From: Camelus ferus
Taxonomy: Eukaryota
Direction: 5' to 3'
Assembly (NCBI RefSeq): GCF_009834535.1
Contig: NC_045697.1
Span: 20,958,001 to 21,022,000, forward strand
DNA length: 64,000 nucleotides
Shown: piece by piece, positions 63,400 through 64,000 of the stretch
How the letters are laid out: each line of letters opens with the position of its first letter
How positions within the stretch are numbered: the stretch's first letter is position 1
Notes under the pieces: model-generated
What the model saw: only the letters and a program-made list of their open reading frames with translations
What the model was told of the DNA's origin: nothing
Database searches by the model: none
Made by a program: the position numbers and the translations under genes

Positions 63400-64000
63400 C
63401 TCAGTTCACCTTTTACACCTGCCGTATGATAATTACCGTGGCCATTTCCTTTATGTTTTTCCCATGCTGGATCTACTGTTTCCCTGGGTCCCAGAATTTC
63501 CTTTTTTCTTTCATTTTTCAACAGCTTCCTAAGAGGGAAAGAGCACTCTAATAGAACTTTGTTTTTGAACATTTGCTTGTGTGAAAATAATTTTGATCAA
63601 CCCATGATAATAAATTGATTGAAAAATTGTCTGGATATAGAATTTTAGCTTGGAAATAATTTCTCTTGAGGATTTTGAAAGGCAGTGTCTAGCCTTGCTC
63701 AAAAGTCCAATGCCATTCTGATGCTGCCTCCTTTATAAAAATTTTTTTTCTCTGACTCTCTCCAAAAGTTTTTCTTTCTTCACTAAGCTATTATTTTCAA
63801 CCCTGGTGTTTGGAAATTTCCTAAACTGTAACTTCCTGTATTGACATTTTCCATTTTGTATAATTACCATTTGGTTAACCCTTTCAATATGGATATTTAT
63901 GTTTATCCATTCTGGGAATTTTTTAAAAATTATTTCTTTTCTACTTTTCTTCTCTAATTTTCTCTGCTCTCTATTTTTAAGTTAATGGAAATTTAGATAA
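63400..64000 (-). mobile_element. Old L1 (L1ME-type) ORF1-region fragment running off the window end
   Basis: 'tctggatatagaattttagcttggaaataatttctcttgaggattttgaa', 'aagtccaatgccattctgat', 'ggttaaccctttcaatatgga...ttctgggaattttt'. Confidence 0.65.

Noticed and set aside
1..64000. tRNA, rRNA, CRISPR arrays, operons or an intact host gene
   Set aside because: None recognisable; no CpG island and no chain of coding exons seen, though short exons of a very large gene cannot be excluded by eye

Overview
AT-rich, CpG-depleted eutherian mammal DNA, intergenic or deep intronic. I see no intact protein-coding gene; the short ORFs in the track are chance ORFs or remnants of repeats or a pseudogene. Much of the window is recognisable transposon debris: L1 of several ages (including a near full-length ~6.35 kb copy), L2, MIR, MaLR/MLT1, MER21/MER31/LTR33-like LTRs and hAT-Charlie MERs, often nested. 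The main non-repeat element is a heavily decayed, intronless, 5'-truncated CDT1 retrocopy on the minus strand (~11447-12231), directly downstream of a same-strand ERV1 LTR. A young L1 at 53503-54150 shows a perfect 14-bp TSD, a twin-priming 5' inversion and a short 3' transduction. Its 3' end resembles camelid L1s and I saw no Alu, BovB/Bov-A, PRE1 or carnivore SINEs, so a camelid genome is a tentative inference. Other observations are a diverged ~150-bp direct repeat 1.2 kb apart and several repeat-free, motif-dense candidate regulatory islands. I found no evidence of a genuinely new biological system. Repeat family names come from recalled consensus sequences, not a search, and boundaries are approximate unless a TSD is given.
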